From: a virus
Strand: one strand, 5' to 3'
DNA length: 43,075 bases
Virus record (IMG/VR): IMGVR_UViG_3300002461_000205
Location: 1 to 43,075 of that record
Below, piece by piece: positions 1 to 8,400 of this stretch (positions within the stretch are counted from its first letter, which is position 1; each line of letters opens with the position of its first letter). Below the pieces are notes generated by a model. The model ran no database searches, was not told the origin of the DNA, and saw only the letters and a program-made list of their open reading frames with translations. The position numbers and the translations under genes are program-made.

Positions 1-94
1 ACGCTGGGAATGTGTTGACTGCGGCGCGTCGCACGATCGCGACCACAACGCAGCAAAGCTAATTCTGGCGTCGGGGCGGAATGTCGCCCTCCAG
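1..94. repeat. Terminal direct repeat, copy 1. Identical to 42982..43075, so the contig ends overlap and the genome is circular or circularly permuted (unique length 42,981 bp).
   Basis: Compared base by base: 'acgctgggaatgtgttgactgcggcgcgtcgcacgatcgcgaccacaacgcagcaaagctaattctggcgtcggggcggaatgtcgccctccag' occurs at both ends. An ORF continues in frame across the join. Confidence 0.95.
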
Positions 95-121
95 CAAACG
101 GAAGTACGCAAAGCCGCGTAG
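1..121 (+). CDS. tnpB: 3' end of the TnpB-like ORF (partial). It continues 42023..43075 across the circular junction; codon phase starts at base 2 and the stop TAG is at 119..121.
   Basis: Translation from base 2 gives RWECVDCGASHDRDHNAAKLILASGRNVALQQTEVRKAA*. This contains the second CxxC of the zinc finger and the RuvC-III-type 'DRDHNAA' motif. Confidence 0.9.
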   Translation, partial: RWECVDCGASHDRDHNAAKLILASGRNVALQQTEVRKAA

Positions 122-148
122 GACATTAAACAACCACGGGAATAGGAA

Positions 149-727
149 ATGGCGCGTAAGAAAACCAAGCAAGCAGAGGCACCGCAAGATCGGCGCTCTA
201 TAGACGCGCTCGCCGCATTACAGGCAGTACCAGTCGAGATAGAAAACCCTCACGATTTAGATAGAGGAAAGATCATTGTTCTTGCCTCTACCCGTGATGA
301 TATTTTGCGGAGGCTATTGGCCAGCAAGGGTATTGATGAGGCGCAATTCGCGGCAGGAAGGGCGTGGGAAGAGGATTGGCAGCGGGCTCAGTTGGGCCAC
401 ACATCTTCTGGAGGTCAGTGGCAAGAGCGAGTTCAATCCAGCGGCATCTCTGGAGAGATTATCACAGATGCTGTTAGGCGTGCAGTAAAAAATCTCGCAG
501 AGGCTGATAAAGAATTGGGCGTTCAGGGTTCAAATCTCGTTCGAGATATTTTAGGTAGGGGTTTAACGACACAAACGGTTGCGATAAAATATCTGAGTGC
601 TGCGACTGAGCGAAATACTTCGTACATTACGAAGCGCTTTGGCGAGTGCTTAGAGACATTGGTTGTTGTTTATCAGTTGGGGGGGGCGCGAAGTGAGCGA
701 GAAAATTCCGCTAGTTGGAGGTTCTAA
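149..727 (+). CDS. Hypothetical DNA-binding/regulatory protein (DUF6456-like from memory). Candidate late-gene regulator.
   Basis: 192-aa ORF with an ATG start. The segment 'ILRRLLASKGIDEAQFAAGRAWEEDWQRAQL' resembles DUF6456-type proteins, and the C-terminus ('GLTTQTVAIKYLS') looks like an HTH. It lies immediately upstream of the putative late promoter. Confidence 0.45.
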   Translation: MARKKTKQAEAPQDRRSIDALAALQAVPVEIENPHDLDRGKIIVLASTRDDILRRLLASKGIDEAQFAAGRAWEEDWQRAQLGHTSSGGQWQERVQSSGISGEIITDAVRRAVKNLAEADKELGVQGSNLVRDILGRGLTTQTVAIKYLSAATERNTSYITKRFGECLETLVVVYQLGGARSERENSASWRF

Positions 728-905
728 TAGTGGGCACTTGGTGTCGGTGCGCGGCCAAACCCTCTTGATCCCGGCAAAGATGAGAATGCCGACGAAGGGG
801 GCGACCGTTGAGGCCAATCCGGGGATTACTTATGACGAATATAAATTGCTAGGCGAACAGGGGCAGCAGCGGTACGAATATGTGGGCACCACAGATAGCG
901 TATAG
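693..905 (+). CDS. Hypothetical 70-aa protein. It could instead be the C-terminal part of the 149.. gene if the G8 tract is really one base shorter.
   Basis: A GTG at 693 is preceded by the G8 run (679-686), which can act as a Shine-Dalgarno sequence. The frame is open from 663 to 905. Confidence 0.4.
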   Translation: MSEKIPLVGGSNSGHLVSVRGQTLLIPAKMRMPTKGATVEANPGITYDEYKLLGEQGQQRYEYVGTTDSV

Positions 906-955
906 TTGACTCAGTCAAACAATTACTTGACATTGCCCGTCGGCCATGCTAGGCA
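906..955 (+). promoter_or_regulatory. Candidate late promoter region: palindrome TTGAC-TCA-GTCAA (906-918), -35-like TTGACA (927-932) and, 17 nt later, -10-like TAGGCA (950-955).
   Basis: Motifs read directly from the sequence. The -10 match is weak. The region is intergenic and followed by an intrinsic terminator. Confidence 0.35.
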
Positions 956-987
956 ATTTTCATATCGTTTCTAATTGCGCCTTGAAG

Positions 988-1013
988 CCGCTCCCTCGCC
1001 GGGGCGGTTTTTT
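988..1013 (+). terminator. Rho-independent terminator.
   Basis: Stem CCGC(t)CCC / GGGGCGG, loop tcgcc, followed by T6 (1008-1013). Confidence 0.75.
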
Positions 1014-1037
1014 GTTTGACCAAACCAAAGGTGACCG

Positions 1038-1565
1038 ATGCTAATTGAGTTTATGACAATTACGGGTTGGGCCTTTTGGGGTGCAACCGCAATTCTGACG
1101 CTGTTTATCGGCGCGATCCTGACGAATGAGGGCGAGTTTGAAAGAGGCTGGGCCACGTTTCTGGCCTGCGCGGCAATCGCTTTCATCGCACTGTTCACGG
1201 ACGCTTTTGCAGGTGCACGTCTATTCTGGCTTGTGGTGGTCGCGGCTGGGTATCTCGTGGCGGGTTGTCTTTGGTCGCTTAAGAAATGGTATTCGTATGT
1301 TGTCTCTGAGAAGGGACGCCAAAAGCTAATTTATGAGCGCGACGTAAACAAAGAGGCTAAGGGCAATCAGACTTGGGAGGAATACTCTCAGCGCGTTCGC
1401 CCATCGGCCGCAAAGAGCAAACAGCTAATCCTTTCGTGGATTATTCTTTGGCCTCTGTCCGTGTTGTGGTGGGTTCTTGCATGGCCCCGCAAGGCGGCGG
1501 TTTGGGCTTACGATAAGCTCAGCACGACTTTTGACAAGATCAGCGAAAGAATCTTCGCGTCTTGA
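1038..1565 (+). CDS. Hypothetical integral membrane protein.
   Basis: 175-aa ORF with several hydrophobic helices ('GWAFWGATAILTLFIGAIL', 'FLACAAIAFIALF', 'LFWLVVVAAGYLVAGCLW', 'LILSWIILWPLSVLWWVLAW'). Confidence 0.6.
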   Translation: MLIEFMTITGWAFWGATAILTLFIGAILTNEGEFERGWATFLACAAIAFIALFTDAFAGARLFWLVVVAAGYLVAGCLWSLKKWYSYVVSEKGRQKLIYERDVNKEAKGNQTWEEYSQRVRPSAAKSKQLILSWIILWPLSVLWWVLAWPRKAAVWAYDKLSTTFDKISERIFAS

Positions 1566-1568
1566 GAC

Positions 1569-1586
1569 TTTGCGCTTAGGCGCAAA
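1569..1586. terminator. Perfect hairpin TTTGCGC-ttag-GCGCAAA between convergent genes. It could be a terminator or a protein-binding palindrome.
   Basis: 7-bp perfect inverted repeat starting 4 nt after the stop at 1565. There is no U-tract. A near-copy sits at 36095-36112. Confidence 0.3.
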
Positions 1587-1682
1587 TCGAATCTCGTCGT
1601 CATTGCCAAGCCCAATCATTCTAGTCAGCAAAGCTGAACATAGGGGCGTGAGAGCTTTTGGCGGCGAGACTAAATCAGCGGA

Positions 1683-1892
1683 CTAACCTTCTAGGTGTTT
1701 AAACTCTAGGGGAACTAGGCCGCACTCAATAGTCGTTTGCTTGATGATGCGGTAAACGCGCTTTTCTTCGATGCCGTGAATGCCAGCCAACTCTAGCGTC
1801 TTCGCGAGAGGATCATAAGGCTTCCCCTTGGCGTCTTTCATGGCACCAAATACGTTTCTCATGTGTTCGGCAATTAATGCTTCCGCGCTCAT
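1683..1892 (-). CDS. Hypothetical small protein (69 aa), possibly DNA-binding.
   Basis: The internal ATG at 1892 has a GGAGA RBS 8 nt upstream ('ttattGGAGActattgccATG'). The protein begins MSAEALIAEHMRNVFG. The track start at 1943 would overlap the terS start. Confidence 0.55.
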   Translation of the reverse strand: MSAEALIAEHMRNVFGAMKDAKGKPYDPLAKTLELAGIHGIEEKRVYRIIKQTTIECGLVPLEFKHLEG

Positions 1893-1936
1893 GGCAATAG
1901 TCTCCAATAAACAATTCCAAGAGCTTAGCACTTCAA

Positions 1937-2230
1937 ATGGCAAATCCTAGAGGCCAGCAGCGCGATAAGCCGTTTAGAGACGCGCTTCGTATGGAAATGA
2001 AGTTGGCCGAGGACGGAATCCCGACGCCAGCACCGAAAGGATCGCTACGCTGGGCCGCCCGCCAGTTAATTGAACGCGCGGGCGAAGACACGCAAGCCGT
2101 TAAAGAGCTGGCCGATCGCTTGGACGGCAAGGTGCCCCAGGCGCTTGTTGGTGGCGACGAAGAAGACGGCCCGATCAAGCTGTTCACGAAAATAGAGCGG
2201 GTGATTATTGACCCAAAGCCTAAGGATTGA
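1937..2230 (+). CDS. Putative terminase small subunit.
   Basis: 97-aa ORF immediately upstream of, and overlapping, the large terminase. The charged 'ELADRLDGKVPQAL' segment is typical of small terminases from alphaproteobacterial phages (from memory). Confidence 0.55.
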   Translation: MANPRGQQRDKPFRDALRMEMKLAEDGIPTPAPKGSLRWAARQLIERAGEDTQAVKELADRLDGKVPQALVGGDEEDGPIKLFTKIERVIIDPKPKD

Positions 2231-3593
2231 AACGCCTAGGGCCTTTGTTCCGTTTCTCTACCCATCTCGCTACAAGGCGGCCCATGGCGGCCGTGGTGGC
2301 GGCAAGTCTCATCTGTTCGCCGAGTTACTTGTTGAGCGCTGCATACAACAATCTACTCGCGCGGTTTGTATTCGCGAGGTTCAGCTTTCGCTGAAAGAAT
2401 CTGTACGCCAGTTAATCGTGGACAAGATTGCGAAGTTTGGCGCACAACGAGATTTTGAGGTTCTGGAATCGGAAATCAGGTGTCCTCACGGCGGCCTGAT
2501 AATTTTCCGAGGAATGCAAAGCTATAACGCAGAGTCGATCAAGTCTCTAGAGGCTTACGACATTGCTTGGGTTGAAGAGGCGCAAACACTAAGCGAACGC
2601 TCGCTCAAGATGCTCCGTCCTACGATCCGCAAGCCTAACTCCGAAATCTGGTTTAGCTGGAACCCGCGACACGAATCCGACCCGGTTGATTTATTCTTTC
2701 GTGGGGCGTCTCCACCAAAGAACGCGGTCATTCAGCGGGTGGGTTGGCAGGATAATCCGTGGTTTCCGGATGTTCTCCGCGAGGAGATGGAACACGACCG
2801 CGCTAAAGATTCTGAGAGCGCCGCCCACGTATGGGATGGCGGCTACGAGATAATCTCTGAAGGCTCTTACTTCGGCGCGCTCATCGCGAAGGCTGAAAGC
2901 GATGGCCGTATTGGCCTATTCCCGTATGACCCGTCCATTGCAGTTAAAACTGCGTGGGACATTGGTATCGACGACTATACGGCAATCTGGTTTCTGCAAG
3001 AGAACCGCAGCCAGGTGCGGGTAATTGATTACTACGAGGCAAGCGGCATCGGTGCTGAGCAGATCGTAACCGAGGCGATGCCGGAACTACTGCGTAACGC
3101 GGATAAACGAACAGACGCGCTCAGGGCACTAACTCGCAAGCAATACAATTTTGCAGAACACTATCTGCCTCACGACGCGAAGGTCCGCGAATGGGGCGGG
3201 GGCGCGAAAGAGCGAGTACAGGCGCTAGCTGAAATCGGAATACCGTTAGGCAAGATGCGGGTTGGCGTGGCCGCCAATCCTGCCGACCGAATTGAAGCGG
3301 TCCGGCGTCTATTGCCGTTCGTTCAGTTTGATCGTGGGCCCATGCCGGGTGTCGGCGTCAATCTTGGCCTGAGCAGACTTAGAAAATACAGCAGGCGCTT
3401 CAATGAAAGCCTTGGGGTTTTCGTGGGGCCGAAGCACGACGAGAACTCCCACGGCTGCGACGCCTTCGGGGAGTTTGCAATCAACTGTCACCTATCAAAG
3501 CCGACCAAGACCGAAGTGCCAAGGCCTTCGCCATTGGACGACTATATCGAGATTGACCCAGATAATGATGACGACGAATGGAAATCCCTCTGA
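2208..3593 (+). CDS. terL: Terminase large subunit.
   Basis: 461 aa with Walker A 'AHGGRGGGKSH' and a Walker B-like 'YDIAWVEEAQ'. It has the PBSX/Terminase_3-type layout and is followed by the portal gene. Confidence 0.9.
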   Translation: MTQSLRIETPRAFVPFLYPSRYKAAHGGRGGGKSHLFAELLVERCIQQSTRAVCIREVQLSLKESVRQLIVDKIAKFGAQRDFEVLESEIRCPHGGLIIFRGMQSYNAESIKSLEAYDIAWVEEAQTLSERSLKMLRPTIRKPNSEIWFSWNPRHESDPVDLFFRGASPPKNAVIQRVGWQDNPWFPDVLREEMEHDRAKDSESAAHVWDGGYEIISEGSYFGALIAKAESDGRIGLFPYDPSIAVKTAWDIGIDDYTAIWFLQENRSQVRVIDYYEASGIGAEQIVTEAMPELLRNADKRTDALRALTRKQYNFAEHYLPHDAKVREWGGGAKERVQALAEIGIPLGKMRVGVAANPADRIEAVRRLLPFVQFDRGPMPGVGVNLGLSRLRKYSRRFNESLGVFVGPKHDENSHGCDAFGEFAINCHLSKPTKTEVPRPSPLDDYIEIDPDNDDDEWKSL

Positions 3594-5541
3594 GCAGCCG
3601 GTGAAGGTCGCCGCGCCAGAGGAATATCTGGACGTTGCTACCCTCAAGCGCCGCTTTATGGATTACCGTTCCAGCAAGCGCGAAGAAGTAGAAGAACAGC
3701 GCGAGGCTCGTCATTACTACCACGGCGATCAGTGGACGGATGCCCAGCGAAAGATTCTCAAGAAACGCAAGCAGCCTATCGTTACCTACAATGCAATCTC
3801 CAGAAAGATCGACGGCGTTGTCGGGCTGGTTGAGCGATTAAGGCAAGACCCGAAAGCATTTCCTCGCACCCCCGAACACCAGGAAGGCTCGGACATTGCT
3901 GGGGCCTCCCTTCGTTATGCCCTCGACTCCGCAGACTGGCCCGCGATTTCGTCTGAGTGTTCACGAACAGCAAGCATTAACGGCTTGGCCGGTGTTGAGT
4001 TTGATCTGGAGTCTGGCGACAACGGCGACAACGAACCCAAGCTGTTCGAGGTCGATCCAGACACGTTTTTCTACGATGCACGATCCTATAAGCACGACTT
4101 CAGCGATGCACGCGACCTTGGCGTGTCCAAGTGGACCGACCTTGACGTTGCGAAAGAAATGTTCCCCGACAGGGCGGATGAACTTGACGGGCTAATCAGT
4201 GGCGGCGGTGATCTTGACGGATATGCCCAGCAGGACCGCGAGCGCAAGTGGATTGATAGCGATAAGAAGCGCCTGTTCATCGTTGAGCATTGGTACATCA
4301 ACAAAGGTAAGTGGTGCTATTGCTTCTATACGTCCAACGTCACGTTGAAAGAGGGTGTCTCACCGTTTCTGGATGAGAAGAAGAAGTCCGTACACAAATA
4401 TGAAATGTTCTCTGCTGGCGTTGACCATGACGGGGATCGTTATGGCTTCGTTCGAAATCTAAAATCCGCGCAGGACGAAAAGAACCATCGTCGATCAAAG
4501 GCGCTGCACGGGCTAAACAGCCGCAGGATCATTGCGCGCAACGGCGCATTGGCAAGCCCCGAAAAGACCAGAGCAGAGGCAGCTCGTCCTGATGGAATTA
4601 TTCTCTGGGACGTAGAGAAGCCCGAGTTCGACGATCAGCGTCAGATGGCCGACATGACCGGCCAGATGGAGTTTGCAAAAGACGCCTCAACCGAGATTGA
4701 GAACTTCGGTCCTAACCCCGCGATTCTTGGTCAGGGCGTGGAGAATCAGTCCGGTCGCGCAATTCAGTTGCTGCAGCAGGCGGGCATTGCGGAGCTTGGG
4801 CCGTTCATTATTGCACTTAAGAACTGGAAGATGCGCGTTTATCGCCGTATGTGGAACATGATTCAGCAAAACTGGACTGCTGAGCGATGGATTCGAGTTA
4901 CCGATAACGACGGGCTTGCTCAGTTCATTCAGGTGAACGGGCTGACGGGACAAGAGGGCATTCCTCAAGTCATCAACAGCCTTGGCTCGCTTGATGTGGA
5001 TATTATTCTCGATGAAGGCCCGGATAATATAAATGCTCAACAGGACGCGCTTGATATTCTGATGCAGGGCTTGGGACAGAATGGTGTTCCGATCCCGCCG
5101 AAAATCCTGATTAAGCTCTCCCAACTTCCTGGCGATGTGAAGAAGGAAGTTCTAGACGAGTTCGAGCAGGCTGGACAAAAGCCCGATCCGAAAGTTGCTG
5201 AAGGTCAAGCCAAGCTGCAATTCGAGCAGGCCAAGGCTCAGCAAGACGCGCAAGTGCAAATGGCTACTGCTCAGGCCGAAATACAATTAGCCCAGCAGAA
5301 GGCGACGATTGATGCCGAGCAGGCGCAACAGAAAGCATTGCTTGACGCACAGATTGCCCGTCAAAAAGCACAAGATGAAATCGAACTGAAGCGCATGATC
5401 GCTCAGGCAGATATTGAACTGGAGCGCGAGAAAGCCGCCGCTCAGATTCAGATCGAACAAATGAAGGCCAATGCCGGCATCGCGATTAACCGCGAAACAG
5501 CACAGGCCAAGGTTGCTCAAGGTGCAACGCAGGAATCGTAG
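3565..5541 (+). CDS. Portal protein with a P22-like C-terminal coiled-coil barrel.
   Basis: ATG-ATG at 3565. The track start at 3403 is an in-frame extension lying inside terL. The motif 'REARHYYHGDQWT' is present, and the last ~100 aa are Q/A/E/K heptad-like ('QAKLQFEQAKAQQDAQVQMATAQAEIQLAQQKA'). The gene sits between terL and the scaffold gene. Confidence 0.8.
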   Translation: MMTTNGNPSEQPVKVAAPEEYLDVATLKRRFMDYRSSKREEVEEQREARHYYHGDQWTDAQRKILKKRKQPIVTYNAISRKIDGVVGLVERLRQDPKAFPRTPEHQEGSDIAGASLRYALDSADWPAISSECSRTASINGLAGVEFDLESGDNGDNEPKLFEVDPDTFFYDARSYKHDFSDARDLGVSKWTDLDVAKEMFPDRADELDGLISGGGDLDGYAQQDRERKWIDSDKKRLFIVEHWYINKGKWCYCFYTSNVTLKEGVSPFLDEKKKSVHKYEMFSAGVDHDGDRYGFVRNLKSAQDEKNHRRSKALHGLNSRRIIARNGALASPEKTRAEAARPDGIILWDVEKPEFDDQRQMADMTGQMEFAKDASTEIENFGPNPAILGQGVENQSGRAIQLLQQAGIAELGPFIIALKNWKMRVYRRMWNMIQQNWTAERWIRVTDNDGLAQFIQVNGLTGQEGIPQVINSLGSLDVDIILDEGPDNINAQQDALDILMQGLGQNGVPIPPKILIKLSQLPGDVKKEVLDEFEQAGQKPDPKVAEGQAKLQFEQAKAQQDAQVQMATAQAEIQLAQQKATIDAEQAQQKALLDAQIARQKAQDEIELKRMIAQADIELEREKAAAQIQIEQMKANAGIAINRETAQAKVAQGATQES

Positions 5542-5655
5542 GCTCACGATACGAGCCGAGTAGCGAACGACTCTGACAGTTCGATCCCGCCGCTTCGGGG
5601 CGCACCCGATGAACCTACGTCTAATCACGACGAAACAGTGAGGAACGGTAAGGCA

Positions 5656-6573
5656 ATGCCTGACACCGAACAGGAATTATTTGACTCCGCGATGAGTGAC
5701 GACGCTCCGGTCCAAGTTGTAAGACTTGAGGAGCATCCCGAGCCTGAAAGGGTTGAGGCCGACACTCAAAAGCAAGCTGATGCCAAGCGTGACGAAAAGG
5801 GCAGGTTCGCTCCGGTTAAAACGGAAGAAGCTAGGCCCGAAGTCAAAGCAGAGGAAGCCCCGCAAGAAACTCAGAAGGCTGAAAAGTCTGATGAGCGATC
5901 CGAGCGCGGTGAAATCCCTGCGTGGCGGCTTCGTGAAGAAGCAGAAGCCAAGCGCGAAGCGATTGCTAGGGCCGATAAGGCCCAGCAGGAAGCCGAACAA
6001 GGCAGGCGAGAACTAGCTGCGTTACAGCAGCGTCTGGCCCATTTTGAGCGGCAGCAAGCGGAAACAAAGAATCCCCCGCCAGATCGGTATGCGGACCCGG
6101 ATGGGTACGACGCCTATCAGCAGCAGCAGTGGCAAAAACAACGCCGCGCTGACATGGCTGCGAACAACTTAGAGTTGGCTCGCATTAAGTTCGGAGATGA
6201 GTTGGTAGATAAGGCCGACGCGGAAATCTCGCAGTACCTGCGACTTAACCCGCACGACCCAATTCTCCAGGTTATCGAAAATTCTCCACGACCCGCCTTT
6301 GAGGTCGTTAAGTGGTTCAAGCAGCAAGAAGCAAACAAGCGCCTTGCGGGCAAATCCATTGACGATCTTCTGAAGGAGGAGCGTGAGAATGCTCTGAACG
6401 ATCCTGCGTTTTTAGCGCAGGCAATCGAACGAGCGAAGGCAACGGCCAAGCCGGTCCAGAACCAAGCGAACACAAACATACCCTCGCTTAACAGGACCAC
6501 GGCTGCGGCAAGCGACAGCGTAGCGGACGAAGAGTCCGACGCCTCGATATTCAAGTCTGCATTAACCCGATGA
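5656..6573 (+). CDS. Putative scaffolding protein.
   Basis: The ATG at 5656 follows 'gaggaacggtaaggca'. The protein is highly charged, E/K/A/Q-rich and coiled-coil-like, and the gene lies between the portal and major capsid genes. Confidence 0.6.
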   Translation: MPDTEQELFDSAMSDDAPVQVVRLEEHPEPERVEADTQKQADAKRDEKGRFAPVKTEEARPEVKAEEAPQETQKAEKSDERSERGEIPAWRLREEAEAKREAIARADKAQQEAEQGRRELAALQQRLAHFERQQAETKNPPPDRYADPDGYDAYQQQQWQKQRRADMAANNLELARIKFGDELVDKADAEISQYLRLNPHDPILQVIENSPRPAFEVVKWFKQQEANKRLAGKSIDDLLKEERENALNDPAFLAQAIERAKATAKPVQNQANTNIPSLNRTTAAASDSVADEESDASIFKSALTR

Positions 6574-6608
6574 TCTAAGCGCGGGTCCGAATAAGGATCG
6601 GACCTACT

Positions 6609-7781
6609 ATGGCTATTTCTTCCATTCAATCCAACAACAAGCTCGTACAGTATCGCAAGGAAATCATCCGCGAATACGTACGTGAGAATATGTTCTCGCC
6701 CTACATGGGCGACAGCATGACCTCCATTATTCGGACGATTTACGATCCGAAGAAGGGCGGCGAGCAGATCAACATTCCGCTCGTGACCAAACTCACTAAC
6801 GCTCCAGCCGGTGCCGCCGATACTCTCGTCGGCGCGGAAGAGGCGATCGACAACTACGGTATGCGTGTCTGGGTTGACTGGGCGCGTCAGGCTGTTGCTA
6901 CGAACGATGCCGAGGAGCAGAAAGACTCGGCTGACATTTTTGGCGAAGCCAAGCCGTTGCTGTCTGACTGGGGCAAGGAACTCCAGCGAGACGAACTGAT
7001 TGCCGCTCTCATGGCGCTTCCCTCGGAGTCGGCCCCGGCCAATCTTGGTGCTGCTTCTGGCGGCCAGCGCGTCAACGGCGTTCTGTTCGAAGCCTCGACG
7101 ACCGCTCAGATCAACGCGTGGTGTGCGTCGAACTCTGATCGCATTCTGTTCGGCAACAACGTCGCCCATTTTACCGGCGACTGGTCTGCCGACATTGTGA
7201 AGGTTGAGCCGGGTACGGATAAGTTCACGAAGGGTTCCGCATCGCTGATGAAGCGCCGCGCGTCTCTCGCGAACTCGAAAATCCGCCCCTACAAGACCAA
7301 GGACGGCTACGAGTATTTTGTGTACTTCCACGGCTCGGGCACGTTCCGCGACTTGAAGGCTTCGCTTTCTACCGACAACCAGCAGGCGCAGAACCGTGGC
7401 AAGGACAATCCTCTCTTCCAGGATGGCGACTTGCTCTGGGATGGCGGCATTCACCGCGAAATTCCGGAAATCGACACCTTCGTCGATACCATCTGGACCG
7501 ACGCAAACGCCGATCACGAGGGTTTCCTCGCAACGGCTGGCGCTACGTCTTCGCGTGTTGCTCCGGTGTTCCTGTGTGGCCAATCGGCTGCTGCGCTCGC
7601 TTGGGCGCAAATGCCGACCCCAACGTTCCGCGATACGACTGACTATCAGTTTATCAAGGGCGCTGGCGTGAAGATGGCCTACGGCGCTGCGAAAATCTTC
7701 AACAAGAGCGGCTCGGACCTCAAGCAGTGGGGTGTAATGACCGGCTTCTTCTCGTCGGTTGCTGACACCGTTGTGACGTAA
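6609..7781 (+). CDS. Major capsid protein (N4-gp56-family-like).
   Basis: 390 aa. The N-terminus 'EYVRENMFSPYMGDSMTSIIRTIYDPKKGGEQINIPLV...GAADTLVGAEEAIDNY' matches the N4-gp56-type MCP pattern from memory. Position and strong codon bias fit. Confidence 0.8.
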   Translation: MAISSIQSNNKLVQYRKEIIREYVRENMFSPYMGDSMTSIIRTIYDPKKGGEQINIPLVTKLTNAPAGAADTLVGAEEAIDNYGMRVWVDWARQAVATNDAEEQKDSADIFGEAKPLLSDWGKELQRDELIAALMALPSESAPANLGAASGGQRVNGVLFEASTTAQINAWCASNSDRILFGNNVAHFTGDWSADIVKVEPGTDKFTKGSASLMKRRASLANSKIRPYKTKDGYEYFVYFHGSGTFRDLKASLSTDNQQAQNRGKDNPLFQDGDLLWDGGIHREIPEIDTFVDTIWTDANADHEGFLATAGATSSRVAPVFLCGQSAAALAWAQMPTPTFRDTTDYQFIKGAGVKMAYGAAKIFNKSGSDLKQWGVMTGFFSSVADTVVT

Positions 7782-7795
7782 GGGAGAAACTAGAA

Positions 7796-8356
7796 ATGGT
7801 ATCCCTCCCAAACAGAACGACTCCGACTTATGACGTACTCGTGGCTCGGGGCGGTATCACTACCGCTCCGACGCTCACGATGGAAACGCGTCATAAAAAC
7901 TGGCAGGCAGTAGCTGCAACGTCTGGCACGGATACGACTCCGGCGTCCGGCACGCAGTTTGTTTCGAGCATCTTTGTCCCCGCGAACTTCACCGCAACCG
8001 GCGTTGGCTATTTGATCGGTTCGGTAGGTGGCACGGATCGAGTTTATGCCGTGCTTTACGATGCGGCAGGCGCGGTTGTTGCCAACTCCACGCTTGCGAG
8101 TGCCGGCACGACCGTTGGGACTGCTGCCAACTCGCAGGAACTCGCCTTTACCTCGACAGTAGAGGTTAAGGGTCCTGCGCGTTACTTCATCGGCATCAGC
8201 ATGAACGGTAACACCGCGCGGCTTCGCACGGTGCCCGCGTTTACGCCGGGCGGTCTTCTGACCGACGCCGTGTCCCAGACGCACGCTACTGTTGCTGCGA
8301 TTACTCCTCCGACCACGTTCACCGCGAACGAAGGCCCGGTGGTTTACATCTACTGA
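7796..8356 (+). CDS. Hypothetical virion protein (possible capsid accessory or decoration protein).
   Basis: 186-aa T/A/G-rich ORF directly after the MCP gene and followed by a terminator. Confidence 0.5.
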   Translation: MVSLPNRTTPTYDVLVARGGITTAPTLTMETRHKNWQAVAATSGTDTTPASGTQFVSSIFVPANFTATGVGYLIGSVGGTDRVYAVLYDAAGAVVANSTLASAGTTVGTAANSQELAFTSTVEVKGPARYFIGISMNGNTARLRTVPAFTPGGLLTDAVSQTHATVAAITPPTTFTANEGPVVYIY

Positions 8357-8361
8357 CAACT

Positions 8362-8400
8362 GGCGGCTCGCGCTTAACGGTGCGGGCCGCCTTTACTTTA
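8362..8400 (+). terminator. Intrinsic terminator-like hairpin.
   Basis: GGCGGCTCGCGC-ttaacg-GTGCGGGCCGCC: a 12-bp stem with 2 mismatches, then 'tttacttta'. Confidence 0.5.

Noticed and set aside
1-94. The terminal repeat as a biological DTR or an IS inverted/direct repeat.
   Set aside because: The repeat is direct, exact and in frame within a single ORF that reads through the junction. An assembly overlap of a circular molecule is the simplest explanation.
122-148. 9-nt matches between the putative guide spacer and 27372-27380 / 26909-26917 as TnpB targets inside the phage.
   Set aside because: Matches of this length are expected by chance in about 86 kb of two-strand search space. No longer match was found by eye.
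3403-3564. N-terminal 54-codon extension of the portal ORF given in the track.
   Set aside because: It lies inside the 3' end of terL and has shadow-frame-like composition (R/S/T/P-rich). The ATG-ATG at 3565 near the terL stop is the natural start.
6117-7811. 564-aa minus-strand ORF, the longest ORF on that strand.
   Set aside because: It lies entirely antisense to the well-supported scaffold and major capsid genes. Its R/S/A-rich composition is typical of a shadow frame in GC-biased coding DNA, and it has no RBS.
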